IMG/VR virus record: IMGVR_UViG_3300028837_000875
Location: 1 to 64,000 of that record
From: a virus
Length of the DNA stretch: 64,000 nucleotides
Reading direction: 5' to 3' (one strand)
The translations under genes and the position numbers were made by a program. Below are positions 37,921-47,555 of the stretch, piece after piece. The stretch's first letter is position 1; every line of letters starts with the position of its first letter. Under the pieces are notes generated by a model that worked only from the letters and a program-made list of their open reading frames with translations, ran no database searches and was not told where the DNA came from.

Positions 37921-38252
37921 TGGCAAACTATCCTGATGGCGAACCATTCGCAGGTGGCAAGACAGATGTTGCTTGGTCTGAAGCATACTATGACCAAGAC
38001 AATGGAGCTAATCCTGCTGACTGGGTTTTAAGAAGTTCACTCGCACTCAGAGGCAGAGGAGTAGAAGGAGCCTTGAAACTTTGTACAGCAACCCCAACAA
38101 ATTTTCTCTTTTGGGGCGCTGGTGAAACAACTCCTGTTGGTGCTAAGATGAAAGGATTGTTTGTTGGTTCTTTCCCGGCAGGAATTTACATGGGGACTCC
38201 TGTCAGTCATAGCTTCCCTTCTTGCATAAGGACTTCAGCAGGAGTAGGATAA
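37920..38252 (+). CDS. hypothetical protein
   Basis: TAATG coupling. Confidence 0.55.
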   Translation: MANYPDGEPFAGGKTDVAWSEAYYDQDNGANPADWVLRSSLALRGRGVEGALKLCTATPTNFLFWGAGETTPVGAKMKGLFVGSFPAGIYMGTPVSHSFPSCIRTSAGVG

Positions 38253-38461
38253 TGAAGATAACTTTCAAAGTCACAGCAACATTCAAGGTTGATGAAGTGG
38301 AGCTGGACGAAACAGAAAATATCAACTTGATTGGTGACACAATCGGTGATGGTATTTCGGAGAGACTCAAAGAAGCATTTGATATTGACATCAACGATGG
38401 GCGGACAGTTCAGGCAAAACTTTTTGAGATGGAAGTTGCTTCAGACGGAATAAATGAATAG
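38252..38461 (+). CDS. hypothetical acidic protein
   Basis: TAATG coupling, AGGAG RBS. Confidence 0.55.
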   Translation: MKITFKVTATFKVDEVELDETENINLIGDTIGDGISERLKEAFDIDINDGRTVQAKLFEMEVASDGINE

Positions 38462-38470
38462 GAAGTTTCG

Positions 38471-39622
38471 ATGATAGAGTATATTGCAGATAAGTTCAAC
38501 GAGACTCCGGCTGACATTGACAACAACAAGAAAGTTGTTGGGGGAGCGCTTCAGCTTTGGCAGGACTTCTTTGGGGTTGCTCTTGACGGCCATTGGGCGA
38601 TAGGAACTCATCCATATTGGACTAACCCAGCAGGAACAAATATCATAGAGATTGGGGGCGACCTTCATTGTGAAACTTATTCTGCGGCGATGGTAGGCAG
38701 AGCTATTTATTCTCCTGCTGTTTTCAATGACTTGACATGCGTGATTGATTGGAATAACTTTGCGTGGGGAAATGCTGACCATGACGCGAGCATGTTCATA
38801 TTCAAAGACATCAACAATTATGTGTGGTTGCGGAGGTATGCCAATCCTTACTGGGCCAGTCTACATTTGATAGTGTGTAACAAATGTGTTGCTGGGGTGC
38901 TAAGCGAAATAGCGCGTATCAACTTCTTCCCCACTGCTCCAAGAAACGGAAAGTTCAAGATTGTACGAGTCGCGGATATATTTGAGTTCTGGTATGATGT
39001 TGGCGCCGGCTGGGTGTTGTTAGCTACTTCTTCCGCTGCCATTGGTGCTGACTGCCAGTTGGTTCTGGCTATTGCTGGAAGCGGATACCCTGCAAACAAC
39101 TGGACTGAGATTGACTACGCATCGTGTGAGCTTTTCGATTCAAATTATTTTTGGGATGACCTGCCTTGGATATATGTCATCGCTTCTGAAGGAGTAGAGC
39201 ATGCGTTTGATGCTGGTGTTGGAGAGACGTGGAAACTTACAGGAGCATCTTGCGTATCTGGGCCGTTAAGCTCCTCTCTCCTCTTTGAACTTGGGGTCTC
39301 AGATTCAGGACTATTCATTGATGTTGATTGGAAAGATATTATCTTCAAACCGATAGCACAGATTGCTGCTAATGCGGCAGCAGGATTGTATGACGACCAC
39401 AGATATATACATGTCAAGGCTCAGTATGTTTCTGACGGAACAGTTCAATCCTTTCTTACAAGTTTTAGTATTTCAGAACTTAGTCCTCCTTCAGTCACTA
39501 TAAAGAGACAGTTGATTGTTCCGTTGATTGATAAACAAATAACAATAGCGAGAGAGAGTAAAAGAATAACTATTCCAAAGAAGCCAAAGAAACAGCTTAC
39601 GTTTCAAGTGCCTATAAACTAA
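38471..39622 (+). CDS. putative lectin-fold tail protein
   Basis: 383 aa, aromatic/beta-rich, KFKIVR..FEFWYD..GWVLL. Confidence 0.6.
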   Translation: MIEYIADKFNETPADIDNNKKVVGGALQLWQDFFGVALDGHWAIGTHPYWTNPAGTNIIEIGGDLHCETYSAAMVGRAIYSPAVFNDLTCVIDWNNFAWGNADHDASMFIFKDINNYVWLRRYANPYWASLHLIVCNKCVAGVLSEIARINFFPTAPRNGKFKIVRVADIFEFWYDVGAGWVLLATSSAAIGADCQLVLAIAGSGYPANNWTEIDYASCELFDSNYFWDDLPWIYVIASEGVEHAFDAGVGETWKLTGASCVSGPLSSSLLFELGVSDSGLFIDVDWKDIIFKPIAQIAANAAAGLYDDHRYIHVKAQYVSDGTVQSFLTSFSISELSPPSVTIKRQLIVPLIDKQITIARESKRITIPKKPKKQLTFQVPIN

Positions 39623-39641
39623 TAGATTTGGAGGAACAACA

Positions 39642-40010
39642 ATGACTGCTGAAGTTGAGCTACAAGAAACTATATTCAAGCAAAAGGAAGCAGGCCCGCT
39701 TGAATTTCTTTACGTTGATGAAAATGGAAGTCCGATTGATGTTTCTACTGGCACTTTCAATTTGTTAGTAAAGGAAAATAAAAGTAAAGATGATGCAGAT
39801 GCTATCATTACCAAAGCCGATGCAGACTTAGATAAAACTCAAGCTGACGTTGGAAAAATAATAGCAACTATTTTAGAAGCTGATACTGACCAGCTTGCAA
39901 AAAAATGGCTTGGTGAAATGAGAGCAGTCTTTGGTCCTGATGATATTGAAAAGAGCGATGACTTTTGGTTTACAATAAGAGAAGCAATTCACAAAGACGA
40001 TGCTCCTTAG
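39642..40010 (+). CDS. BppU-N-like baseplate protein
   Basis: DENGSPIDVS.GTFNLLVK motif; GGAGG RBS. Confidence 0.55.
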   Translation: MTAEVELQETIFKQKEAGPLEFLYVDENGSPIDVSTGTFNLLVKENKSKDDADAIITKADADLDKTQADVGKIIATILEADTDQLAKKWLGEMRAVFGPDDIEKSDDFWFTIREAIHKDDAP

Positions 40011-40018
40011 GAGAAACC

Positions 40019-40222
40019 GTGCAGGATAATTGTCAAGAAGGAATAAAAGCAGCTAACTTTAGAATTGCGTTGAAACATTTGAAGATAGCTTGGGATGCTC
40101 TAATAAAAACTGACAGAGCAGATTTAGGAAAGAGACTCAAGAAGATTGGAAGGCAAATCATAAGTGATGCTTTCAAAACATTGCCAGAAGATTTGGCAAG
40201 AAGGCTTGCAAATTCAGAATAA
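40019..40222 (+). CDS. hypothetical protein
   Basis: GTG after AGGAGA. Confidence 0.55.
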   Translation: MQDNCQEGIKAANFRIALKHLKIAWDALIKTDRADLGKRLKKIGRQIISDAFKTLPEDLARRLANSE

Positions 40223-40271
40223 GAAAAAAGGTACTTTAAATTGAAAGAACAAGCAGCAAAACAAGTCATTC

Positions 40272-40365
40272 ATAAACGCGCCTCTGAGGCTCTCAAATCA
40301 TCTATCTGGTATGAATCATTGTGTTTCTCAACACAATGGCTTAGGCAAGGTCCTAGGACGTCCTA
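40272..40365. repeat. intergenic element related to 58684-58825
   Basis: shares TCTGAGGC..TATCT.GGTATGA and inverted CAATGGC..GTCCTAGGACG; hairpin CATTGTGTT/AACACAATG. Confidence 0.55.
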
Positions 40366-40448
40366 CAGAGTTAATATTCAGCAAAGCGTAGAGAGGATTT
40401 AGACGTGTCAGTTTATCGTATAAGAGCAAAGAGGATAGGAGGTGCTTC

Positions 40449-40658
40449 ATGGATACAGCAATAGTAATAAGCCTCATAGGTATTATCCTAACGCCATTGC
40501 TTACTGCTGCGTTTGTTTTCGGAGTGATGCGCGGAACAATAAACGGATTGAAAGAAAAAGTTGATAAGCTCTGCGGAGCCATCAATATAACGCACAAGCG
40601 TATAGATAATCACTTAGAAGGACATTGTAAATCTTGTCCAGGTACTCGCAAGAAGTAA
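40449..40658 (+). CDS. holin-like membrane protein
   Basis: N-terminal TM helix plus coiled coil; AGGAGGT RBS. Confidence 0.55.
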   Translation: MDTAIVISLIGIILTPLLTAAFVFGVMRGTINGLKEKVDKLCGAINITHKRIDNHLEGHCKSCPGTRKK

Positions 40659-40668
40659 GGAGGAAGAA

Positions 40669-40986
40669 ATGGATATTGGTTTGAATGTCGAGACAATAGC
40701 AATTGTAATTACGCTTGTGAGTATAATTATTACTTTCATCCAAGTCAAGAAAAGAAAAGGCTGGAAGGCCGCTCTGCTTGCAGTGATGAGGACAATTCAA
40801 GGCGCCAAGGTTGATGAAGAAACAAAAGAGAAAGTTGAAGCTGCATTGAAAATTGCAGAAGAAATCAAAAAGCAATGGGACAAAAATTCAAAAGTCAAAG
40901 CCATTGCCAATATTGGCTCATTCATTGATACTGTTTATGATGCTCAAGTTAAAGACATCGAGAAGTGGAAGAATAAAATTCAATAA
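40669..40986 (+). CDS. holin-like membrane protein
   Basis: N-terminal TM helix followed by KKRKGWK; end of late operon. Confidence 0.55.
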   Translation: MDIGLNVETIAIVITLVSIIITFIQVKKRKGWKAALLAVMRTIQGAKVDEETKEKVEAALKIAEEIKKQWDKNSKVKAIANIGSFIDTVYDAQVKDIEKWKNKIQ

Positions 40987-41038
40987 GAGACTTGGTGAAA
41001 TGGCAGTCGGCTAATTGCTGGCTACATTTCTTACCTCC

Positions 41039-41083
41039 AGAGGGGCCGATGGATTCTTATTCCTCGGCCTTCTCTCTTTCTCT
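41039..41083 (+). terminator. putative intrinsic terminator
   Basis: GGGGCCGA/TCGGCCTT stem followed by pyrimidine tract. Confidence 0.5.
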
Positions 41084-41087
41084 AAAG

Positions 41088-41109
41088 AGTCAACCTTACT
41101 CGGATAGAT
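41088..41109 (+). promoter_or_regulatory. conserved motif, candidate phage-specific promoter (copy 1)
   Basis: AGTCAA-N3-TACTCGGATAGAT, 19/22 identical to 56393-56414. Confidence 0.6.
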
Positions 41110-41134
41110 GATGATTGTATGAAGGATTATATCT

Positions 41135-42559
41135 GTGACAAAGCTAATAGTACATTTGAGCGATTCGTATATTATCAAACTGAATCGGCTCTCGAAAGCC
41201 GAACAGCTCAATCTTCGTAACAGTTTTTCTAAGAAGAATCCTCAATATTATAAGCTCAGAGCATTAGGTTATTCAACTCAAGGCATCAAAGCGCACATAA
41301 ATCTTTTCGATATTCGTGGCGACAAAATCTGTCTACCTCGAGGAAATCGAGAGTTAATGGAAAATTTGCTGCCTGGCAAGGAGCTTGAATTTGTTGATGA
41401 ACGAATCACTATTCCTCTTAGTAAAGACATCAAATTTAGAAAAGGATTCAAGTTTTGGACAGAACAAGAGAAAGCAATTGAAAGCGCCATCATTCAAGAA
41501 CAAGGATTGATTCAAGGCGAGTGCGGTTCAGGCAAGACAGAAATATTACTAGGCATATTTGCTGAGCTTGGACAGCGCACGTTGGTGGTTGTTGATAAGC
41601 TTGAACTAATGAAGCAATGGGTAAAGAGAGTCAAGGCAAGATTCGAGAACGTCGAAGTAAAAACAATTGGTGCTGGAAAGTGGGGCGTTGGTGATTTGAC
41701 TATTGGCTCTCAGAAAACACTGTATAAGCACGCAAGCAAATTGCAGAACAAATTCGGAGCTATACTGTGTGATGAAGTACATCACTTTGCCGCGCCCACT
41801 TTCCAGGACCTCATTTCCAAGATGCCGGCAAGATATAGAATTGGAGCTACAGCGACTCTTGCAAGAAAGGACCGAAAGGAATTTTTAGTATACGCTGCAT
41901 TTGGAAATGTTCTGCACACCATAACAGATGCTGATTTGAAAGAAGAGGGAAAGATATTTGAAATTGAAATGATAGTTGTTCCAACTGATTTTGAGTGCTG
42001 TTCTTATATTGAAACTTATACTAACAAGATGACTAACGAAGAAGAAATTGTAAATTACAATTATCATGCTTTGCTTACTGAAATGAAAGTAGATGAACTC
42101 CGTAATCAACTACTTTTAGAGTTCATTGAAAAAGAGGTAAACAAAGGACATAAGTGTCTTGTGATGGCTGACCGCATAGCCCATTGCATTTATATTAGGA
42201 GACTCTTGCAAAAGCGCAATATTTCAACTGGGCTAATGGTTGGAGAAAAAGAATTCGAGCAAGAGCGAGAGCAAGCACCAGAGCAACTCAAAAACGGTAA
42301 GATTTCTTGCATCGTAGTTTCTCCTCTTGTCCAAGAAGGATTTGACTTGCCAGAACTCGATAGAGGATTCATCATAAATCCTTCAGCTAATAATGAAGGC
42401 AAGCTCAAGCAGCAAGCCGGAAGAATCAAGAGGATAGCTAAGGGAAAGAAGTCTGCAAAGGTTTATTATTTCTGGGATAAGAAAGTGCACGGCTTTCAAG
42501 CACACTTGAGGAAGATTCAAAAGCTCTTCCCGAAAACAAAGGTCTATGTTAAGCGATAA
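41135..42559 (+). CDS. superfamily 2 DEAD/DEAH-box helicase
   Basis: GECGSGKT, DEVHH, GATAT, EGFDLPELD, QQAGRI.R. Confidence 0.9.
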   Translation: MTKLIVHLSDSYIIKLNRLSKAEQLNLRNSFSKKNPQYYKLRALGYSTQGIKAHINLFDIRGDKICLPRGNRELMENLLPGKELEFVDERITIPLSKDIKFRKGFKFWTEQEKAIESAIIQEQGLIQGECGSGKTEILLGIFAELGQRTLVVVDKLELMKQWVKRVKARFENVEVKTIGAGKWGVGDLTIGSQKTLYKHASKLQNKFGAILCDEVHHFAAPTFQDLISKMPARYRIGATATLARKDRKEFLVYAAFGNVLHTITDADLKEEGKIFEIEMIVVPTDFECCSYIETYTNKMTNEEEIVNYNYHALLTEMKVDELRNQLLLEFIEKEVNKGHKCLVMADRIAHCIYIRRLLQKRNISTGLMVGEKEFEQEREQAPEQLKNGKISCIVVSPLVQEGFDLPELDRGFIINPSANNEGKLKQQAGRIKRIAKGKKSAKVYYFWDKKVHGFQAHLRKIQKLFPKTKVYVKR

Positions 42560-43619
42560 AGAAAAATCAAGAATAAAAGCGATAGAGGAAATCCTCTACA
42601 GAAATAAAACTGGGAACTATGCTGTAGCTCCTCTGCGGCTTATCGCTTATATCATTGTAGTTTTTGGTGACCAGCGTATAATTCATCTAAGCTACAAAGA
42701 TGAATGGATTAAGTTAAATTTCACACGCATAAGTTATATGCGTAGCGTTTCTTTTCTCAAGCTTAAAGATATACTTCAAAGAAAAGTTTCTGGCAAAGAT
42801 GTCTATAAGGTTAATTTCAAATATCTCAAAAATATAATTGTAGATGCACTTGATATTGAGGCTCTTTTAGAGATTGATAGTTTCTTTAAGTTCAGGAAGA
42901 AAAAGCTTAAAGTCAAACGTCTAAAAGAAAAAAGTAGTCAAACAGATAGTTCGGCTAATTTTAGTCTATATAGATACAATAGGCCAGATGGCACAAAAAG
43001 AAACACATCTAAGTTAGATGTAGATGTAGATGTTAGGAAAGTAGATGTTAAGAAAAAAGAGTCTTTAGACTCTATGATAAAAACAAATGTGCAATCTAAA
43101 TCTGCTTCAATAAAATCTTTGTCTAAATTAAAGTCTCTTATCAGGCAACGTTCTGGAAAGCCTCGCAAATCTCTTCGGAAAGACTCAACAGAACTCTATG
43201 GGCAATTCAAATTCAACCCTTCAGAGAATCCAAAGCTTTGTTCTTGGAAAAGCAGAGAAATTGAAAAGTGGCGTTCTATAGATTTCCTTGGCTATTATAT
43301 CTGTCTTTATAAAGAGGAGACTGAATTAGAAAACATCTCTTTGCAGAATGACCAAGCTTACAGTAAAGTCAAACACATGATTCGTGATATGCTTAAACGT
43401 TGGTTCAATGGCAACAAGAAAATGATGTATGACTATCTCAAATGGTCTGTTCATTATTTCACACATGAAATGGATGGAAGATATTCACCATCAATTGGAA
43501 CACTGCTCAATCCATACAAGCAAACTCATTGGGTGTATGATTTATTTGTGAAGAATAAAAGCAAAAAAGGAAAGAGAAGTAAGGATAACAAGTGGGCATC
43601 AGAAAAAACATGGAGGTAG
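42546..43619 (+). CDS. putative replication initiator
   Basis: upstream of DnaC-like and DnaB genes; central repeat-rich segment. Confidence 0.55.
   Translation: MLSDKEKSRIKAIEEILYRNKTGNYAVAPLRLIAYIIVVFGDQRIIHLSYKDEWIKLNFTRISYMRSVSFLKLKDILQRKVSGKDVYKVNFKYLKNIIVDALDIEALLEIDSFFKFRKKKLKVKRLKEKSSQTDSSANFSLYRYNRPDGTKRNTSKLDVDVDVRKVDVKKKESLDSMIKTNVQSKSASIKSLSKLKSLIRQRSGKPRKSLRKDSTELYGQFKFNPSENPKLCSWKSREIEKWRSIDFLGYYICLYKEETELENISLQNDQAYSKVKHMIRDMLKRWFNGNKKMMYDYLKWSVHYFTHEMDGRYSPSIGTLLNPYKQTHWVYDLFVKNKSKKGKRSKDNKWASEKTWR
43005..43072. repeat. iteron-like repeats, candidate origin
   Basis: TAGATGT x4 plus inverted ACATCTA and GAGTCT-TT-AGACTC palindrome. Confidence 0.5.
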
Positions 43620-43622
43620 AAG

Positions 43623-44300
43623 ATGGCAAAAGATTCATGGCATGAGCGAAGAAAAGTTTTAATGCCGGCGATTGTTGATAGGTTGCAAGAAGGACTTCAT
43701 CCGGATGATATTCTATATCTTGCAGAAAGAGGACTGCCGAGAAAATTCATTAAGTACAATCTTGAGGACTATCTCAGATTTATTAAGAATGAATCTTGGG
43801 AACTAATGAGCTGTTACGTTAGAGAATTTTGGGAGCGATTGAATCAGGGTAAAGGATTGATGTTTGTCGGTCCAGTTGGAACTGGCAAAACTTCAGCGGC
43901 TACAGCTATGCTCAAATATACTTTTGCATTTCTAAAGAACGATGAATTCTTTCAAGCGTTCGCTGATAATTTTCCAGGACGATTGAGTCCAGAATTCATA
44001 GTTTACTTTTGGCCGTCAGCACAAATATTGATGGACTACTTCAGATGCAAGGATGAATTTCAAGGCAAAGTTAATTCAATTGTGTTAGTTATTGATGACG
44101 TTACAAAAGTCTCTCAAGATATTTATAAAGAGGTTCTTGATTATATTGTGCGTTATCGAGACCATAGCGGACTGCCGACAATTATAACTTCTCAATGTCC
44201 ATTGAAGGAACTATTCGATTTATTTGGATTAGCAATTCACGATATACTTAGAGGCAATAACGAGGAGATTAAGCTTATAGGAGAATCTAAGAGGGGATAG
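43623..44300 (+). CDS. DnaC/IstB-like helicase loader ATPase
   Basis: GLMFVGPVGTGKT, LVIDDV, RYR...LPTIITS. Confidence 0.85.
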   Translation: MAKDSWHERRKVLMPAIVDRLQEGLHPDDILYLAERGLPRKFIKYNLEDYLRFIKNESWELMSCYVREFWERLNQGKGLMFVGPVGTGKTSAATAMLKYTFAFLKNDEFFQAFADNFPGRLSPEFIVYFWPSAQILMDYFRCKDEFQGKVNSIVLVIDDVTKVSQDIYKEVLDYIVRYRDHSGLPTIITSQCPLKELFDLFGLAIHDILRGNNEEIKLIGESKRG

Positions 44301-44301
44301 A

Positions 44302-45630
44302 GTGAGCAAAGAACGAAATGTATTTGAGGACTTTGAAATCAACATACACAATGAGCAGTTGATTCTTGCTTCTCTTATACAATCTAAAAAAATGAGAGAA
44401 AGAATCCTGACTCAAGTTGAAGCTTCAGAGTTCATTGGTACAAGGCATCGGAATATTTTTAAAGTGCTGCTCAAAATGGAAAAAGAGCAGTTGGATTTTA
44501 ATGAGGATTCATTTATACAAGTTGCTGGAGAGTCAGATGTTGGAGGCATCAAATATCTACGGAAGCTTCTCCAGGCGTTTGAGAAAAATGCAAACGTTGA
44601 TTATCATATCAAGCAGCTAAAGACGGACCGCTTGAAGTTCTTGCTGTTCAGTGGCCCAGTAAAACAATTGATTGAAGCTCTCACAAGTAAAGATGTGGAA
44701 CGCAGAGAATTGCTTCAGCTGACTAATCGAATCAACGATGAAGTACTAAAGAAAACAGAAGCTGAAAGAATTCACACTGGAGAAGAAACAAGTAGACTAT
44801 ACTTAGAGGATTTCAGCGATAGAATGAGCACGGCTTTTACTGGAACTGGATTGCCAGAGCTTGACGAAAAACTCACTGATGGTTTTCGTCCTGGCACAAT
44901 CTCTGTAATATCCGGAAGGCCACAAATGGGCAAGACACTTTTTATGATAAATGTCGTATCTCACTTAATGAGAAAAAAGAAGATGCTCATTTGTGAAATA
45001 GAGCAAGGAACAATGATGCTAATTGATATGCTTGTTGCTCTGCATACTGGGATTAACCTTAGCAAATTAGTAAAGTTTCCTGAACGGCTAAGTGAGAATG
45101 AACAGAAGCGTATCAAACTCAAAGTTCGACAACTTTTGAGTAATGAAAATCTTTCTTTCCATGATGACCCTGAATTGACTCTTGATAGATTGGAAATGGA
45201 GTTAAAGAATAGACGTTATGATATTTGCTTCATAGATTTGTTTGGCAGATTAGCAGACGTTCAGCCAACTCCAGAAGGATTTACCAAGAAGCTTTATCAA
45301 GTCAAACGTATAGCTCGAATGACAGAAACTCATTTGTGTCTTGTGCATCAAATAAAAAGAGGCAGAGAAAAAGATAAGAAGATGCGGCCAACTCTTGAAG
45401 GACTTAAGGATTCTGGAACTTGGGAGGAAGCCGGAGATTTGATTATCGGATTACATAGAGAAAAATATTACGCTCCAAAACTTACAAGAGATGTGGCAGA
45501 GGTATCTATTCTCAAGCAGAAGCGTGGAGTTTCAAATATAGTACTACCATATTTGTTTGATGGAAGCATCTGCGAGTTTGGAGAATATGTTAGAGATTAT
45601 GTGCATGGGCGAGATTTAAGTTCGTTCTAA
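44302..45630 (+). CDS. dnaB: replicative DNA helicase
   Basis: TGLPELD..GF, SGRPQMGKT, RPTLEGLKDSGTWEEAGD, KQKRG. Confidence 0.9.
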   Translation: MSKERNVFEDFEINIHNEQLILASLIQSKKMRERILTQVEASEFIGTRHRNIFKVLLKMEKEQLDFNEDSFIQVAGESDVGGIKYLRKLLQAFEKNANVDYHIKQLKTDRLKFLLFSGPVKQLIEALTSKDVERRELLQLTNRINDEVLKKTEAERIHTGEETSRLYLEDFSDRMSTAFTGTGLPELDEKLTDGFRPGTISVISGRPQMGKTLFMINVVSHLMRKKKMLICEIEQGTMMLIDMLVALHTGINLSKLVKFPERLSENEQKRIKLKVRQLLSNENLSFHDDPELTLDRLEMELKNRRYDICFIDLFGRLADVQPTPEGFTKKLYQVKRIARMTETHLCLVHQIKRGREKDKKMRPTLEGLKDSGTWEEAGDLIIGLHREKYYAPKLTRDVAEVSILKQKRGVSNIVLPYLFDGSICEFGEYVRDYVHGRDLSSF

Positions 45631-45675
45631 ATTAAAATAGTTTGGAAGTGTAAAAAATGATAGATAGGCTTTAGT

Positions 45676-46272
45676 ATGGATAAGAAGTATTGGTACAATA
45701 CGCCTACAGAGAAGTGGCATACTAAGATTTGTGAATTTTGTGGCAAAGAATTTCAATGTTATGATAAGCGAAGAAAGTTTTGCTCTCACAGATGTAGTGG
45801 TAAGAATTCAGGAAGAAAAAGAATGCTTCCAATTGTAGTTAAGAAATGTCCTGTGTGCGGCAAAAAATTTAGAACTTCAAAGAAAGAAAAGAGGCACGGT
45901 CACAATGCAGAGAAGCGTTGTTGTTCTATTTCATGCGGCACTGTTTTTGGAGCAAGAACGAGAGCACTAAGAAAGGCTAAAAGGAATGGCTGTGAACCAA
46001 AGTTGCCTATTCGTTCTTTTGGCAGAGCAGTTCTTGAACACACTGCTGTTGCTGAAAAGAAATTAGAGCGTAAGCTGAAGCGTTATGAAACAGTGCATCA
46101 TATCAATCATAATCCAAAGGATAATAGCCCTGAAAATTTATGGGTGTATTCAAGTCAGCGTGCGCATCTTAGAAATGGACATTGGAACTTTCAAGCATTG
46201 ATAGCTTCTTGTGTCGGAAAGAAAATTAAGATTGATTTTGTTGATGGCAAGTATATTGTGAAGGAATTCTAA
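45676..46272 (+). CDS. HNH homing endonuclease
   Basis: CEFCGKEF/CPVCGKKF repeats; VHHINHNPKDNSPENL. Confidence 0.85.
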   Translation: MDKKYWYNTPTEKWHTKICEFCGKEFQCYDKRRKFCSHRCSGKNSGRKRMLPIVVKKCPVCGKKFRTSKKEKRHGHNAEKRCCSISCGTVFGARTRALRKAKRNGCEPKLPIRSFGRAVLEHTAVAEKKLERKLKRYETVHHINHNPKDNSPENLWVYSSQRAHLRNGHWNFQALIASCVGKKIKIDFVDGKYIVKEF

Positions 46273-47285
46273 TGCTCGATGAAATAAGATACAAGCGTGC
46301 AGTCAAGAGAGTAGATATACGAGATGTGCTACGGCATCTTGAATTGGATTTTGAGGAGATAGGTTCTGAGCTTCGCTTTCTCTGCATCAATCCTGAGCAC
46401 AAAGAGTCCGTTGCTTCAAGCACGATAAACTTTAATCCTCTCTCGGATAAGTACACTTGGTTTTCATGCTTTGGCTGTGATTATTCTGGGACCTTGCCGA
46501 AGCTTGTCTCAATTGTGGCAGGCATCACTATTGCAGAAGCAAAGAAATTTATCATGGAGTTTGATTCTGGAAAAGTTCCGTTCAAGAAAAAGAATCAATA
46601 TCATATTGAAGGCAAGAAACGAATTATCAGGCGCGTAAAAATAAAGCTGCCAGAAGAATTCAGGCTGATAGATTTGAATGTACACAATTCCTATCTTCGC
46701 TATTTGCAAAGCCGTGGAGTTATTGAAGCTGATATAATCAAATATGGATGGGGCTTTTGCGCCAAAGGTCATTATGCAAAGCGAGTCATCTTGCCAGTAT
46801 ACATGAAAGACAAGCTCGTCAATTTTTTTGCTCGACACATCTCGACAGAGAATAAAAAGCGCAAACATTTTAATGCTTGGTGCGCAGAAGTTGAGCGTGT
46901 GGTTTTTCCTTATGATGAAATTGATTTTGATTTGAAATACATCTGGGTTGTAGAGTCTGCTTTCAATTTGTTCAAAGCTAAAAGACTGAAGCTAAAGAAT
47001 CTGGTATGCACATTTGGAAACAAGTTGACTGAATGGAAAGAGGAATTGTTCAGAAAATTTGAAGAGGTCAGATTTATTCCTGACGGCGATAAGGGTGGCA
47101 GAGAATTTGTGAGGAAAACACGACGGCGATTGCCTGAAGAGATAAGAGTAAAATCAGTACACATGTATGATGGTGAGGACGTAGCTTCAATTTCTTTGAG
47201 GCAATTGAAATTTGTTTTGAGAACGTTGCACGAAGTAAAGCGATTCGGCACATCTGTTCAAGTCGACTACTCAATTAAGAAGTAA
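46272..47285 (+). CDS. dnaG: DNA primase (CHC2 Zn finger + TOPRIM)
   Basis: C.NPEH..CFGC; YLQSRG; VVES; PDGDKGG. Confidence 0.85.
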   Translation: MLDEIRYKRAVKRVDIRDVLRHLELDFEEIGSELRFLCINPEHKESVASSTINFNPLSDKYTWFSCFGCDYSGTLPKLVSIVAGITIAEAKKFIMEFDSGKVPFKKKNQYHIEGKKRIIRRVKIKLPEEFRLIDLNVHNSYLRYLQSRGVIEADIIKYGWGFCAKGHYAKRVILPVYMKDKLVNFFARHISTENKKRKHFNAWCAEVERVVFPYDEIDFDLKYIWVVESAFNLFKAKRLKLKNLVCTFGNKLTEWKEELFRKFEEVRFIPDGDKGGREFVRKTRRRLPEEIRVKSVHMYDGEDVASISLRQLKFVLRTLHEVKRFGTSVQVDYSIKK

Positions 47286-47555
47286 ACAGCACTCAAACTA
47301 TATCAGCACATTCATATTTGTAACATGTACTCAAATGCACCGTCGCTCAAAGTAACGCTACAAAACTGACACTTTGGCTATGCCAAAATGACATATCGTT
47401 TTCGAGTTCAAAACACCCTTCCTGGTAGCCAAACGTGGTTTTCAGCTTTTTTTGCTGATTTTGACTTGAAACAATCTTGAAAATAAATGAAGTTTTTTAA
47501 GTTCAAGTATTATAAGAACTTAGGATAAGTAAGTGATACGCTTGTGCTGCACTTC

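Noticed and set aside
32684-39622. Diversity-generating retroelement targeting tail fibres
   Set aside because: No reverse transcriptase and no TR/VR repeat pair seen in the window.
40240-40401. 53-codon TTG ORF across the intergenic element
   Set aside because: No convincing RBS; the sequence is better explained by hairpin and repeat structure.
47286-47520. CRISPR mini-array or tRNA in the large intergenic region
   Set aside because: Repeats are only 6-11 bp and irregularly spaced; no cloverleaf could be built.
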